Of a DNA stretch of 64,000 nucleotides, positions 38,872 to 49,030 are shown one piece after another. This DNA is from Nautiliaceae bacterium (GTDB lineage: Bacteria > Campylobacterota > Campylobacteria > Campylobacterales > Nautiliaceae), in contig JBDONT010000043.1 in NCBI GenBank assembly GCA_039831155.1, positions 96,001-160,000 on the forward strand, written 5' to 3'. The notes under the pieces are model-generated. The model was not told the origin of the DNA. It saw only the letters and a program-made list of their open reading frames with translations, and ran no database searches. The stretch's first letter is position 1. Each line of letters opens with the position of its first letter. Both the position numbers and the translations under genes were made by a program.

Positions 38872-40671
38872 TTATCTAAAATTTAATTCTTTAAAATATT
38901 CAATAATATTTTTTGCGTCTTTTTCGTTTAAAATTTCTTTTAACTCTTCAAAAGACGCTTTTTTTATATTCTCAAACGTACCGAAGTAGTTTAGTAGTTT
39001 TGTCATTTTTGCTTTTCCTATACCTTTTATTTTTAGAAGCTCTATTTCTTTATCTTTTTTTATTTTGATTTTTCTATGAAAACTAATAGCAAATCTATGA
39101 GCTTCATCTCTTAACATTTGCAAAAACTGAAGCCTTTTATCGTTTTCGCTAAGCTCCATTTTTCCTTCTTCAAAAAATATTTTATCTTTTGCTTTTCCTT
39201 TTGCCCGGTTGGCTTTTGTATTTATTTTTTCTTTTGAAATTGCTAAAATATCTACATTTACACCGGTTGAGTTTATTATCTCTTTTGCTATATTAAATTG
39301 CCCAGCCCCTCCGTCAATTAGCCAAAGTTCAGGTGGAGGGTCTTTATCAAAAGATTTTGCTCTTCTTGTTAGAAGTTCTCTCATTTGAGAATATTCATCT
39401 TTTCCTTGAAGATGGTGATGTCTATACTCTTCTTTTTTAAATTTTCCATTCTCCCATACAATCATTGCTCCAACTATTGCTTCTCCTTGCATGTGAGAAG
39501 TATCGAAAATTTCGATTTTATAAGGGATGTTTTGTAGATTAAATAGTTTTTTAAGTTCTATTAAGATAGTGTTTTCTTTTTGGTTTTTAATAATCTCAAG
39601 GGCGTTTATTTTTGCTAAGTTTATTAAATTTTTTCTCTCTTTTGTGGTTGGTGTTAGTATTGATATTTTTTTGTTAAATTTAGTGCTTAAAACTTTACTT
39701 AGCCACTCTCTCTCTTCAAAATCATCCCCTACTAAAATTTTAGATGAGGTAAAAGGAGTTTCGTTAGAATAAAATTCTAAAATAGCCCTTGTATAAATTT
39801 CGCCTTTTTCAGGAGTTGTTTGAGAATTTATTATATTGTGAGAACTTGCTACTACTTTTCCGTTTCTTACAAAAATTCTAATAACTACTGCTTTTTTATC
39901 AAAAATTTCTACTACAAATATATCTAAATCTTCAAGTTTTGCTAAATCTACGTTTGAGTAGATTTGTGCGTTTTCTATGGCTTTTATTCTATCTCTAATT
40001 TCTGCTGCTTCTTCAAATTGTAAATTTTCGGCATATTTTTCCATTTTTTTATAAAGAATTTCTAAGAGCTTTTCTTTATTTTCGATAAGTTCTATAGCTT
40101 TATTTACTATTTGTTTATATTCACTTTTAGTTATTTTTCTTTCACAAGGGGCAAGACATCTTTTCATTTGATAATAAAGACAAGCTTTTTTTCCTCTAAG
40201 ACACGATTTACTCTGAACTAAAGGAATCTCTTCATAAATTGTTTTTAAAATAGCGTTTGCTCCACTGCTAAAGGGTCCGAAATATTTTATATTTTTTCCT
40301 TTTACTACTTTTCTTGTAATTTGAGGCATTGGAAAGTCTTCTGATAAGTTTATGTAAATATACGGATAGGTTTTATCGTCTCTTAAGAGAATGTTATATT
40401 TTGGTTTTAGCTGTTTTATAAGTGAATTTTCTAAAATAAGAGCGTCGTTTTCACTCTCTACTACTATGTAATTTAGGTCTTTTGCTTCGGTTATCATTTT
40501 GTAAATTCTTGGGGATAGGTTTTGGGCTGGACGAAAAGGATTAAATCTAAAATAACTTTTTACTCTTTTTTTTAAACTTTTAGCTTTTCCTATATAAAGA
40601 AGTTTTCCGTTTTTATCAAAGTATTGATAAACTCCCGGTTTATCCGGCAGGTTTTTTATTTTTTCTATCAA
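38872..40671 (-). CDS. uvrC: Excinuclease ABC subunit C
   Basis: PGVY, YIGKAKSLKKRV, KPKYNILL, IDGG.GQ, RDEAHRFAI, HhH tail. Confidence 0.96.
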   Translation of the reverse strand: MIEKIKNLPDKPGVYQYFDKNGKLLYIGKAKSLKKRVKSYFRFNPFRPAQNLSPRIYKMITEAKDLNYIVVESENDALILENSLIKQLKPKYNILLRDDKTYPYIYINLSEDFPMPQITRKVVKGKNIKYFGPFSSGANAILKTIYEEIPLVQSKSCLRGKKACLYYQMKRCLAPCERKITKSEYKQIVNKAIELIENKEKLLEILYKKMEKYAENLQFEEAAEIRDRIKAIENAQIYSNVDLAKLEDLDIFVVEIFDKKAVVIRIFVRNGKVVASSHNIINSQTTPEKGEIYTRAILEFYSNETPFTSSKILVGDDFEEREWLSKVLSTKFNKKISILTPTTKERKNLINLAKINALEIIKNQKENTILIELKKLFNLQNIPYKIEIFDTSHMQGEAIVGAMIVWENGKFKKEEYRHHHLQGKDEYSQMRELLTRRAKSFDKDPPPELWLIDGGAGQFNIAKEIINSTGVNVDILAISKEKINTKANRAKGKAKDKIFFEEGKMELSENDKRLQFLQMLRDEAHRFAISFHRKIKIKKDKEIELLKIKGIGKAKMTKLLNYFGTFENIKKASFEELKEILNEKDAKNIIEYFKELNFR

Positions 40672-41087
40672 AGTTCTCCTTTTAAGATTTTTTTTATTTT
40701 TTCAAAATGTGCTCTTATTTTAGGGTTTTTTGCCTTTATTTCAAAATCTTTGGCTTCTTTTAAATAAAATTTAATCTCTTTTTGAGGTTTTGGTTTGTAT
40801 TTATAATTGGTAATAATTTTTTTTGGAGTTATTTCTTTGCACATATTTGCAGAGTGCATAGTGTTTATTATTGAAAAGATAAGGTTTTTATTGTAAAAAA
40901 GTTCTTGCTTTATTGCCGGATGAGAGACGTTTATTATTAAAAATTCCCCTTTTAAATGTGCTGAAATTATATATTTATTGTATTTTTGAGGCAGTAATGC
41001 TATAATTTTTTTTAAACAACGCTCTTGTTGTAATTTATCCTTATAAGGACTTAGTAAATGTTCGATTATTGTGTTCGCTTTTTTCAT
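40668..41087 (-). CDS. Probable DciA/DUF721-like protein
   Basis: LIINVSHPAIKQELFYNKNLI resembles the DUF721 core. Confidence 0.55.
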   Translation of the reverse strand: MKKANTIIEHLLSPYKDKLQQERCLKKIIALLPQKYNKYIISAHLKGEFLIINVSHPAIKQELFYNKNLIFSIINTMHSANMCKEITPKKIITNYKYKPKPQKEIKFYLKEAKDFEIKAKNPKIRAHFEKIKKILKGEL

Positions 41088-41225
41088 ATTGTAATTATAT
41101 CTATTTTTTTAGCCGGTTGTGGATATAAAGCAGACCCCGTATGGCCGGGAAAAGACAACAATAAAACAATAAACAAGAGTGATTTGAAAATAATAGACAT
41201 CAACTCTACGTTGGAGATTAGATAG
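41058..41225 (+). CDS. Unannotated 55-aa lipoprotein (MFDYCVRFFHIVIISIFLAG-CGYKADPVWPGKDNNKTINKSDLKIIDINSTLEIR)
   Basis: AAGGA RBS, hydrophobic core, LAGC lipobox, CGxK..P start resembling YifL/LptM-type lipoproteins; the stop overlaps the nadB RBS. Confidence 0.7.
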   Translation: MFDYCVRFFHIVIISIFLAGCGYKADPVWPGKDNNKTINKSDLKIIDINSTLEIR

Positions 41226-41232
41226 GAGTGAA

Positions 41233-42660
41233 ATGAAATTTGATTGTATCATTATAGGAAGTGGGATAGCCGGGATTTGGAGTGCTAAATTTTTAAATGA
41301 CGCCGGTTTAAAGACGTTGATTATCACTAAAAACCAGGTATGGGATGCTAACAGTTTTTATGCTCAAGGTGGGGTAACTATGGCTTTGGATGAAGAGGAT
41401 GTCGCTTTGCATATAGAAGATACCCTAAAAGCCGGAGTATTTCATAATAAAAAAGGAATGGTTGAAATTTTAAGTAAATTTTCTTTAAAACTTAAAGAAG
41501 AAATCATTAATTACGGCTTTTCTTTTGATAAAGAGATAACAAAAGAAGCCGCTCACAGCGTAAATAGGGTTTTTCACGCCGGAGGCGATGCGACGGGAAG
41601 AGAACTTCATAGGTTTTTATTAAAAAAAGATAAAAGCTATCTTTTGGATGAAGCGGTTGTTTTTGATTTACTTATAAAAGACGGGGTTTGTTACGGTGTT
41701 AGCGTATTTAAAAATTCTAAAAAATTCAATATTTATGCCAATAACGTAATTATCGCAAGTGGAGGAATAGGAGCTTTATATAAATTCGACACCAACGCAA
41801 GGACTATATCCGGAGATATTCAGGGAATTGCGATTGAAAAGGGAATAGAAGTTAACGATATGGAGATGACTCAATTTCATCCCACCGTTTTTATAGAAAT
41901 GAAAACTTCTCAAAAAATGTTGTTAACGGAAGCTTTAAGAGGAGAGGGTGCTTATATTGTGGATGAAAACGGAGAGAGGTTTGTGTTTGAGTATGATAAA
42001 AGAGGCGAACTTGCCGGACGTGATATCGTAAGCAGGGCTATTTTTATGCATCAGCAAAAAGGGCATAAAGTCTTTTTGAATGTCAGTATGTTTGATGAAG
42101 AGTTTTTTAAAAACCGTTTTCCCACCATTTATAATAAATTGAGAGATTACGGAATTGAAGTTCCTTATGAAAAGATACCTATATCTCCGGCATTTCATTA
42201 TTTTATGGGAGGGATTTGCGTAAATAAAAACTCCAGGGTAAAAGGGTTTAAGAATTTATATGCAGTAGGAGAAGTGGCAAATACCGGCGTTCACGGAGCT
42301 AATAGACTTGCAAGTAACTCTTTGCTTGAGTGTTTTGTATTTGCAAGGCTTGCTGCTAAGGATATTATAAAGAATAACTTCAAAACGGACGATATAGAGT
42401 TTGAAATTTGTTTAGAAGAGCTTTTTAAAGATAACGACAAAGTTTATAAAAACCTTTTAAGAGAGCAAATGTGGAGAAATGTTGGTATAATTCGAAAAGA
42501 GAGCGGCTTAAAAGAGGCTTTGAGTTTTGTTGAAGATACGCTTCCTAAACTGGGAAGAGTGGCGAAACTTAGATTTTTAACGGCAAGGGAGATTATTCTT
42601 GCCGCTTTAAAAAGAAAAGAGTCTTTAGGAGTTCATTACAGAAAGGATAAAGATGAATGA
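41233..42660 (+). CDS. nadB: L-aspartate oxidase
   Basis: GSGIAG, SFYAQGG, EAAHS..RVFH, QFHPT, TEALRGEG, HYFMGG, GVHGANRLASNSLLE. Confidence 0.93.
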   Translation: MKFDCIIIGSGIAGIWSAKFLNDAGLKTLIITKNQVWDANSFYAQGGVTMALDEEDVALHIEDTLKAGVFHNKKGMVEILSKFSLKLKEEIINYGFSFDKEITKEAAHSVNRVFHAGGDATGRELHRFLLKKDKSYLLDEAVVFDLLIKDGVCYGVSVFKNSKKFNIYANNVIIASGGIGALYKFDTNARTISGDIQGIAIEKGIEVNDMEMTQFHPTVFIEMKTSQKMLLTEALRGEGAYIVDENGERFVFEYDKRGELAGRDIVSRAIFMHQQKGHKVFLNVSMFDEEFFKNRFPTIYNKLRDYGIEVPYEKIPISPAFHYFMGGICVNKNSRVKGFKNLYAVGEVANTGVHGANRLASNSLLECFVFARLAAKDIIKNNFKTDDIEFEICLEELFKDNDKVYKNLLREQMWRNVGIIRKESGLKEALSFVEDTLPKLGRVAKLRFLTAREIILAALKRKESLGVHYRKDKDE

Positions 42661-43966
42661 AGAGATGCTGATTCACGATTTTACCCATACGTGGGTTGGA
42701 TATTTGGTTTTAGTTATTTTTGTTGTAGGGTATTATTTTATTGCAACGGAAGAGAAGTTTGAGATAAATAAAGCGAAACCGGCTTTATTTATAGGTACTT
42801 TTTCTTTTATGTTAATCGGGATTTATTTTGCTATTAATGGTCTTGATCCGACTCCACTTCATCACGAAATGCAAAAGCTTATTTTGGAAATTGCAGAAAT
42901 TTTCTTCTTTCTATTTGTGGCTATGACTTATATTGAAAGTCTTATTGAAAGAGGTGTTTTTGACGCTTTAAAATATAGGCTTATTTCAAGAGGATATAGC
43001 TATAAAAAGCTTTTTTGGATTACTGGGACTCTTGCTTTTTGGATTTCACCGGTAGCCGATAACTTAACGACGGCTTTAATTTTATCTACGGTTTTATATA
43101 CTATAGATAAACACAACAAAGAATTCTTAGTACCGGGTGCTATTAACATAGTAGTCGCCGCTAATGCCGGTGGAGCGTGGTCTCCTTTTGGAGATATTAC
43201 GACTCTTATGGCTTGGACTGCCGGAAAGGGTGAGTTTATAGATTTTTTAGCTCTTTTCCCGGCTTCTATTTTAGGATGGCTTTTAACGGCTTGGCTTTTA
43301 AGCCTTTTCGTTCCTAAAGGAGAACCTCATTTTGATGCACTTACAACACCTAAGGTTGAAATAAAAAAAGGTGGTATGACTATTGTATATCTTGGTATTT
43401 TAACTATCGTAATCGCAGTACTGGGTCATATTTTCTTACACTTCCCGGCAATGTGGGGAATGATGTTCGGACTTGCGATACTTCAACTTTATACCTTTTA
43501 TCATAAAAGAAAACACAAAGAGCGTATAAATATTTTTGTAAATATGCAAAAAGTAGAAAACGATACTTTGCTTTTCTTTTTCGGGATTTTAAGTGCCGTA
43601 GGTGCTTTATATTTTCTTGGATGGTTGATGTATGTTACGAAACTTTATGAGGTTATAGGTCCTACATACGGAAATATAGGAGTAGGGTTTATAAGTGCTA
43701 TTGTAGATAACGTACCGGTAATGGCTGCAATCCTTAAAGCAAATCCTCCTATGGGTGCCGATGAGTGGATGCTTGTAACTTTAACTGCCGGAATCGGTGG
43801 TAGTATGATAAGTTTCGGAAGTGCCGCCGGGGTTGGTGTAATGGGTAGAATGAGAGGAATTTATACTTTTAACTCTCATATGAAATATGCTTGGACGGTG
43901 GTACTTGGGTACTTTTTAAGTATAGCTATATGGTATTTTCAATTTGAAATTTTGAAGTTATATTAA
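42653..43966 (+). CDS. nhaD: Na+/H+ antiporter, NhaD family
   Basis: EEK..INKAKPA, DNLTTAL, AANAGGAWSPFGDITT, SAIVDNVP, GSAAGV. Confidence 0.9.
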   Translation: MNEEMLIHDFTHTWVGYLVLVIFVVGYYFIATEEKFEINKAKPALFIGTFSFMLIGIYFAINGLDPTPLHHEMQKLILEIAEIFFFLFVAMTYIESLIERGVFDALKYRLISRGYSYKKLFWITGTLAFWISPVADNLTTALILSTVLYTIDKHNKEFLVPGAINIVVAANAGGAWSPFGDITTLMAWTAGKGEFIDFLALFPASILGWLLTAWLLSLFVPKGEPHFDALTTPKVEIKKGGMTIVYLGILTIVIAVLGHIFLHFPAMWGMMFGLAILQLYTFYHKRKHKERINIFVNMQKVENDTLLFFFGILSAVGALYFLGWLMYVTKLYEVIGPTYGNIGVGFISAIVDNVPVMAAILKANPPMGADEWMLVTLTAGIGGSMISFGSAAGVGVMGRMRGIYTFNSHMKYAWTVVLGYFLSIAIWYFQFEILKLY

Positions 43967-43978
43967 ATAAAAAGGAGA

Positions 43979-45517
43979 ATGATGCAAGTTGAAATATTAA
44001 TTTTGGATTTTGGTAGTCAATATACACAATTAATCGCAAGACGTCTTAGAGAAGAAGGTGTATATAGTGAGATAGTGCCTTATTTTGACGGGCTAAAAGC
44101 AGCAAAAGAAAAAAAACCAAAAGGTATAATTTTTAGTGGAGGTCCTGCGAGTGTTTATGAAAAAGACGCATATAGAGTTGATAAAGAAATTTATGAACTT
44201 GGACTTCCGATTTTAGGTATTTGTTACGGAATGCAGTTAATTACGGTTGATTTTGGTGGAGAAGTTGTAAGAGCCGACCATCACGAATACGGAAAAGCAG
44301 AGTTGTTTATAGATGAACCTCATAAACTTTTCGATGATGTAAGTAATCCTACAATCGTATGGATGAGTCACGGAGACAGAGTGGAAAAACTAGCTCCCGG
44401 ATTTAAAAGAATCGCTCATACTTCAAACGCTCCTTATGCGGCTATTGTGAATGAAGAAAAAGAGATTTATGCGATTCAGTTTCACCCGGAAGTTACTCAC
44501 AGCGTAGAAGGTGCTAAAATTCTTAGAAACTTTGCAAGAAATGTTTGTGGAGTTACAAGTAAATGGGATATGGCACATTTTGCAAAAGAGCAAATCAAAA
44601 AAATCAGAGAACAGGTTGGAGATAATAAAGTAATTTGTGCTTTAAGTGGAGGGGTTGACAGTAGTGTAACTGCTGCACTTTTACACGAAGCCATCGGTGA
44701 TAAACTTATTCCTATTTTTGTTGATACCGGTCTGCTTAGAAAAAATGAAAGAGAAGAGGTTGAACACGCTTTTAAAAATGTCCTTCACGTGCCTTTAATT
44801 ACGGTTGATGCTAGAGAAAAATTCTTAAGTAGACTAAAAGGTGTAATTGACCCTGAAGAAAAAAGAAAAATTATAGGTCATACATTTATCGAAGTGTTTG
44901 ACGAAGAAGCAAAAAAACATAAAGACGCTAAATTTTTAGCTCAAGGGACTTTGTATCCGGATGTTATTGAGAGTGTGAGTGTAAAAGGTCCTTCTAAAAC
45001 AATTAAATCACATCATAACGTAGGTGGACTTCCGGATTGGATGAAGTTTGAACTGATTGAGCCTTTAAGAGAACTGTTTAAAGATGAAGTTAGAAAACTA
45101 GGACTTGAACTTGGTCTGCCAAAAGACTTGGTGTATCGTCATCCGTTCCCGGGACCTGGACTTGCTATTAGAATTATGGGTGAAGTAAATGGAAAAGACC
45201 TTGAAATTTTAAGAGAAGCCGATGCGATTTTAATTCAAGAGCTTAAAGCTTGGGGACTTTATGATAAAGTATGGCAAGCGTTTGCAGTGCTTTTAAATGT
45301 AAGAAGTGTAGGGGTAATGGGAGATAACAGAACTTATGACAATACGGTGGCGATTAGATGTGTAAGTTCGACTGACGGAATGACGGCGACATTTTCTCAT
45401 TTACCACACGAATTTTTAGAAAGAGTTAGTACTAGAATTATTAATGAGGTTGACGGAATAAATAGGGTTGTTTATGATATTTCTTCTAAACCTCCTGCAA
45501 CAATTGAATGGGAGTAA
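43979..45517 (+). CDS. guaA: GMP synthase (glutamine-hydrolysing)
   Basis: [42 protein letters not shown]. Confidence 0.98.
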   Translation: MMQVEILILDFGSQYTQLIARRLREEGVYSEIVPYFDGLKAAKEKKPKGIIFSGGPASVYEKDAYRVDKEIYELGLPILGICYGMQLITVDFGGEVVRADHHEYGKAELFIDEPHKLFDDVSNPTIVWMSHGDRVEKLAPGFKRIAHTSNAPYAAIVNEEKEIYAIQFHPEVTHSVEGAKILRNFARNVCGVTSKWDMAHFAKEQIKKIREQVGDNKVICALSGGVDSSVTAALLHEAIGDKLIPIFVDTGLLRKNEREEVEHAFKNVLHVPLITVDAREKFLSRLKGVIDPEEKRKIIGHTFIEVFDEEAKKHKDAKFLAQGTLYPDVIESVSVKGPSKTIKSHHNVGGLPDWMKFELIEPLRELFKDEVRKLGLELGLPKDLVYRHPFPGPGLAIRIMGEVNGKDLEILREADAILIQELKAWGLYDKVWQAFAVLLNVRSVGVMGDNRTYDNTVAIRCVSSTDGMTATFSHLPHEFLERVSTRIINEVDGINRVVYDISSKPPATIEWE

Positions 45518-46171
45518 TTGTTGAAAAATTTAAAACTTCCTATTTATGTATTAACTGAAGAGAAATATGAAGGGGCTTTGAATTACCCGGTTTTAAAAAT
45601 TAACTTTTTCTCCCCTTCCGTTTCATTTGAAGGGGTTGATTTTCTTTTATTTACTTCTAAAAACGGAGTTAGGGCTATTGACAATATTACTGATGAGTGG
45701 AAAAAAATTCCTTCTTTAGCTATAGGCAAAGCTACTGCCAATGAAATAAAAAAAAGAGGTGCTGTATTGGAATATGTGGCAAAATCTTCTTATGGAGAGG
45801 ATTTTGCAAAAGAAGTTATTAAAAGATATCATAATAAAACTTTTCTTTTTTTAAGAGCTAAAAAGATTATAAGTGATATAAAAGGGATTTTTGACTCTTC
45901 TTCAAATAGGCTGATAGAAAAGATTGTTTATGAGAGTGTTTGTCAAAAGCCTGACGGCTTTATTAAAAAACCGGCTTTTGTTATATTTTCTTCTCCTTCG
46001 ACGGTTGAATGTTTTTTGAAAGTGGAAGATATGGAAAATATTATTCCTATAGCCATAGGAAAAAAGACAAAAGAGGCTTTAATTAAACATAAAATAACCT
46101 CTTATCTTATGCCGAAAATACCTAGTATAAAAGAGTCTATTTTACTTGCAAAGAGCGTGAAATTTAAGTAA
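45518..46171 (+). CDS. hemD: Uroporphyrinogen-III synthase
   Basis: FTSKNGV, AIGKAT, VYES, FSSPSTV, AIGKKT. Confidence 0.88.
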   Translation: MLKNLKLPIYVLTEEKYEGALNYPVLKINFFSPSVSFEGVDFLLFTSKNGVRAIDNITDEWKKIPSLAIGKATANEIKKRGAVLEYVAKSSYGEDFAKEVIKRYHNKTFLFLRAKKIISDIKGIFDSSSNRLIEKIVYESVCQKPDGFIKKPAFVIFSSPSTVECFLKVEDMENIIPIAIGKKTKEALIKHKITSYLMPKIPSIKESILLAKSVKFK

Positions 46172-46221
46172 AATATAAAAAGTGTTTTTTAAACTTTAAC
46201 TAGTTTATTTAAAAAAGCTTA

Positions 46222-46250
46222 TTGAAAAACACTCACTTTTATGATATAAT
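46222..46250 (+). promoter_or_regulatory. Sigma70 promoter of the 6S RNA
   Basis: TTGAAA-17nt-TATAAT with extended TG. Confidence 0.7.
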
Positions 46251-46253
46251 TCC

Positions 46254-46428
46254 AACTCCTGGGAGGAGCGCTACCCGCACATTTTGGGGCCCTACAACTA
46301 ATCTTCTAGAGGAGACGGTAGGGTGGGGGTGTGTGGCGATATGGTTTCGCCCCTAAACCCACCCTCCTATCCTCACTTTGTGGCTTTCGGGAGCCCAAAG
46401 TCACTGCGTGAACGCCCTCCTGGGGTTT
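46254..46428 (+). ncRNA. ssrS: 6S RNA (probable)
   Basis: About 175-nt GC-rich rod. Termini AACTCCTGGGAGGAGCG and CGCCCTCCTGGGGTT pair; TTTGGG/CCCAAA closes a central bubble (TACAACTAATCTTCTA); apical stem AGGGTGGG/CCCACCCT; it has its own promoter. Confidence 0.8.
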
Positions 46429-46713
46429 AAAACTTCTATCTTTTAAAAATATCTAAGAATTTAAATTACTTCGTTAAATTCATATAGCGTTGTAATACTT
46501 CTTTATATTCTCATTGCTACTTTTACTCCTTATTACAAAAAGATAAAAGTAAAACCAAAATTCTGATTTAGAGAAAAAGAGCAAAAAGGGATACTTGGTA
46601 GTTATGATATGTTAAATCGTTTTAAAACCGAGAGGTATTGAGAAAATATTCAATACTATTAGATTTAAGTATCTGATTAAAAAGTATGTTGATTTGTTTG
46701 GTAAAATGTTTAA

Positions 46714-46989
46714 ATCAGAAAAGTAATTTATACCACCATTAATGTTATTGAATCCGTCCATAGACAATTTAGGAAATTCACTAAAACCAAAGGTGCTTTT
46801 CCAAATGAAAACAGTTTACTTAAATTACTTTATATGGGAATCCAAAATGCTGAAAAAAAATGGACTATGCCGATTAGAAACTGGAATCTGACACTGTCTC
46901 AGCTGGCAATTTTCTTTGAAGGAAGACTGGATGGGGCTTTAAATCTATGATATAATTTTCTTAGCTGACACGGAATTATGAACGGTCTC
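46714..46989 (+). mobile_element. IS256-family remnant: transposase C-terminal fragment (46714-46950) plus right end
   Basis: [40 protein letters not shown]...[10 protein letters not shown]...[10 protein letters not shown], followed by TGACACGGAATTATGAACGGTCTC; no start codon. Confidence 0.88.
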
Positions 46990-47112
46990 ATTAAAGAGGG
47001 GGATTTTGCTCGTGCCGCAGAAGAAGCTAAAAACAGCAAGTGGTGTAAGCAAGTAGGCAGCAGGTGCGAGGACGTTTATGAGATATTTTTAGGTAGATTT
47101 AATAGTTTATAA
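46990..47112 (+). pseudogene. C-terminal fragment of a T4-type (GH24-like) phage lysozyme
   Basis: IKEGDFARAAEEAKNSKWCKQVGSRC matches the T4-lysozyme-like AA....SxW..Q...R motif and begins exactly at the IS end. Confidence 0.7.
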
Positions 47113-47116
47113 AGTA

Positions 47117-47158
47117 TCAGTAAAATTGTCAGTAAAAAGCCACTAAAATCCACTGACA
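47117..47158. repeat. Short direct and inverted repeats next to the tRNA 3' end (possible integrase arm sites)
   Basis: TCAGTAAAA at 47117 and 47129, variant CCACTAAAA at 47140, inverted ACTGACA at 47152. Confidence 0.4.
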
Positions 47159-47210
47159 TTTTTAATTTTGAGTTTTAAAAAGTCCCTAAATTTCGGAGTC
47201 TTTTGAGCAT

Positions 47211-47287
47211 TGGCGTCCCCGGCGCGATTTGAACGCACGACCCCCACCTCCGCAGGGTGGTGCTCTATCCAGCTGAGCTACGGGGAC
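47211..47287 (-). tRNA. tRNA-Arg(GCG)
   Basis: GTCCCCG acceptor stem, TAGCTCAGCTGGATAGAGC D-arm, CCACC-CTGCGGA-GGTGG anticodon arm, encoded CCA. Confidence 0.97.
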
Positions 47288-47327
47288 TAAATATGAAAAA
47301 GGGGGGATTGAAATTATATCAAAAAAA

Positions 47328-47669
47328 TTATTTTAATACAATAACAGCAGCTATAGCGTAATTTCCATCGTGAGAAATAGATAAGTCGGCATTTTTTAAG
47401 TTAAATTTTTTAAGAGTTTTATTAGAAAAATAGGGTTTATTTTTTTCATCTTTTAATATTTCTATATCTAAAAAATTACATTCTTTCCCTATACCGGTGC
47501 CTATTGCTTTTGAGAAAGCCTCTTTTGCCGCCCAATACCCGGCTATGGATTGAGAAGATTTTAGAAGTTTTATTTCTGTAGGAGACAAGAATCTATTCAA
47601 AGCTTTGTCTCCGAATTTTTCTATCATTTTTTCTATTCTTTTAATATTAACTATATCAATTCCTATCAT
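47328..47669 (-). CDS. acpS: Holo-ACP synthase
   Basis: IGIDIV, AAKEAFSKAIGTGIG, SISHD. Confidence 0.95.
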   Translation of the reverse strand: MIGIDIVNIKRIEKMIEKFGDKALNRFLSPTEIKLLKSSQSIAGYWAAKEAFSKAIGTGIGKECNFLDIEILKDEKNKPYFSNKTLKKFNLKNADLSISHDGNYAIAAVIVLK

Positions 47670-48190
47670 TGAATAACAAACTCCGTAAAATATACGTTTC
47701 TTATTTCTCCGGTGGATAATATTTCATTTATTTTTCTTTTTATTTCTTCTTTTAGTTTTTCTTTTCCTTTTGCCGTTTGAATTTCTTCTACGCTTTTACT
47801 TGAAAGAATTCTGATTACCAAATCTCTAATTGCCGGAAGTTTTTTATCCACTTCTTGTTGCAATTCCGGAGAATCTAATTCCAGGTCTATTTTGCATTTT
47901 AAGTATCTGTTAGCGTTATTTGAAACAAGGTTTACGATAAATTGGTCTAATGGATAAATAGGACCTATTTCAGTCATATTTTTAACTTCTCTTTTTTTCT
48001 CTACTTTTTGAGTTTCTTGAGGTTGTTCCGGATTGTCATCTCCACTAAGTAGAAAATAAGCCACTAAACCTCCTACTATCAGTAAAATTAAAAGTAAAAC
48101 AATAATAACAATTAAAAGTAACTTACTATTATTTCCTTTGTTTTCGGATGATTCTTCTTGATTTTCTTGATTTTCTTTTTCTTCAGCCAT
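47666..48190 (-). CDS. fliL: Flagellar basal body protein FliL
   Basis: Single TM, FIVNL, IRD....LSSK, GKEKLKEEI, VYFTEFVIQ. Confidence 0.95.
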   Translation of the reverse strand: MAEEKENQENQEESSENKGNNSKLLLIVIIVLLLILLIVGGLVAYFLLSGDDNPEQPQETQKVEKKREVKNMTEIGPIYPLDQFIVNLVSNNANRYLKCKIDLELDSPELQQEVDKKLPAIRDLVIRILSSKSVEEIQTAKGKEKLKEEIKRKINEILSTGEIRNVYFTEFVIQ

Positions 48191-48240
48191 TTTTACCCTT
48201 TATTTAAGTTGTGATATAATTTTAACAAAAAAGGCTAAAA

Positions 48241-49020
48241 TTGATAAATAACTTTTTCTATTTTATAGGTAAAAATGTTTTGAATTTTTTTGAATCTTTA
48301 GGAAACTTTTTTTTATTTCAATTAAGGGTAGTTCCTCTTTTTTTTAAAAAGCCTTTTAGAGTTAAGCAAATTATAGAACAAGTTTATTTTATGGGATTCG
48401 GAAGTTTAGGAGTTATATTTTTAACTTCTTTTTTTACCGGGCTTGTGGAAGCGGTTCAGCTTTATAACGGTTTTCATAAATTTGGGGTAGAGGATTTTAT
48501 GGGATATACTATTTTTATTTCTATTTGTAAAGAATTAGGTCCTGTTTTTACTTCTTTAATGGTTATTAGTAGAGGAATTAGTGCATATGCAGCAGAACTT
48601 GGAAGTATGAGAGTAACCGAACAAATAGACGCTCTTGATGTAATGGCTGTAAATTCAAAACAATATCTTATAGTGCCAAGGATACTTGGTACTATGATTT
48701 CTTTGCCTTTATTGATTCTGTTTTTTGATACGGTTGCTAATATAGGAGCTTATTTAATTTCGATTTGGACATTGGATGTAAATGGATTTACTTATATAGA
48801 AAATATAAAACAATTAGGAGAAATAAGGGATTTTTCGGAAGGAGTTGTAAAGGGAGTGGTATTTGCTTATTTGATAAGTGCTATAGGTACGTATATAGGA
48901 TATAATACAAAAGGCGGGGCAAAAGGGGTAGGAGTGAGTACGACTAAAGCCGTAGTAGTTTCTTCTATTATTATTTTTATAACGGATTATATTATTTCAG
49001 CATTATATCTTATAATATAA
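48241..49020 (+). CDS. mlaE: MlaE family lipid ABC transporter permease
   Basis: ELGPV, AAELGSMRVTEQIDAL, GGAKGVG..TTKAVV. Confidence 0.92.
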   Translation: MINNFFYFIGKNVLNFFESLGNFFLFQLRVVPLFFKKPFRVKQIIEQVYFMGFGSLGVIFLTSFFTGLVEAVQLYNGFHKFGVEDFMGYTIFISICKELGPVFTSLMVISRGISAYAAELGSMRVTEQIDALDVMAVNSKQYLIVPRILGTMISLPLLILFFDTVANIGAYLISIWTLDVNGFTYIENIKQLGEIRDFSEGVVKGVVFAYLISAIGTYIGYNTKGGAKGVGVSTTKAVVVSSIIIFITDYIISALYLII

Positions 49021-49030
49021 AAAAGAAGGA

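Noticed and set aside
41109-41327. 72-aa minus-strand ORF
   Set aside because: It overlaps the nadB start and the better-supported lipoprotein ORF on the + strand.
46254-46428. GC-rich RNA considered as tmRNA, SRP RNA, RNase P RNA or a novel ncRNA
   Set aside because: No tRNA-like ends or tag ORF, and no SRP or RNase P signatures; length and rod-with-bubble fold fit 6S RNA.
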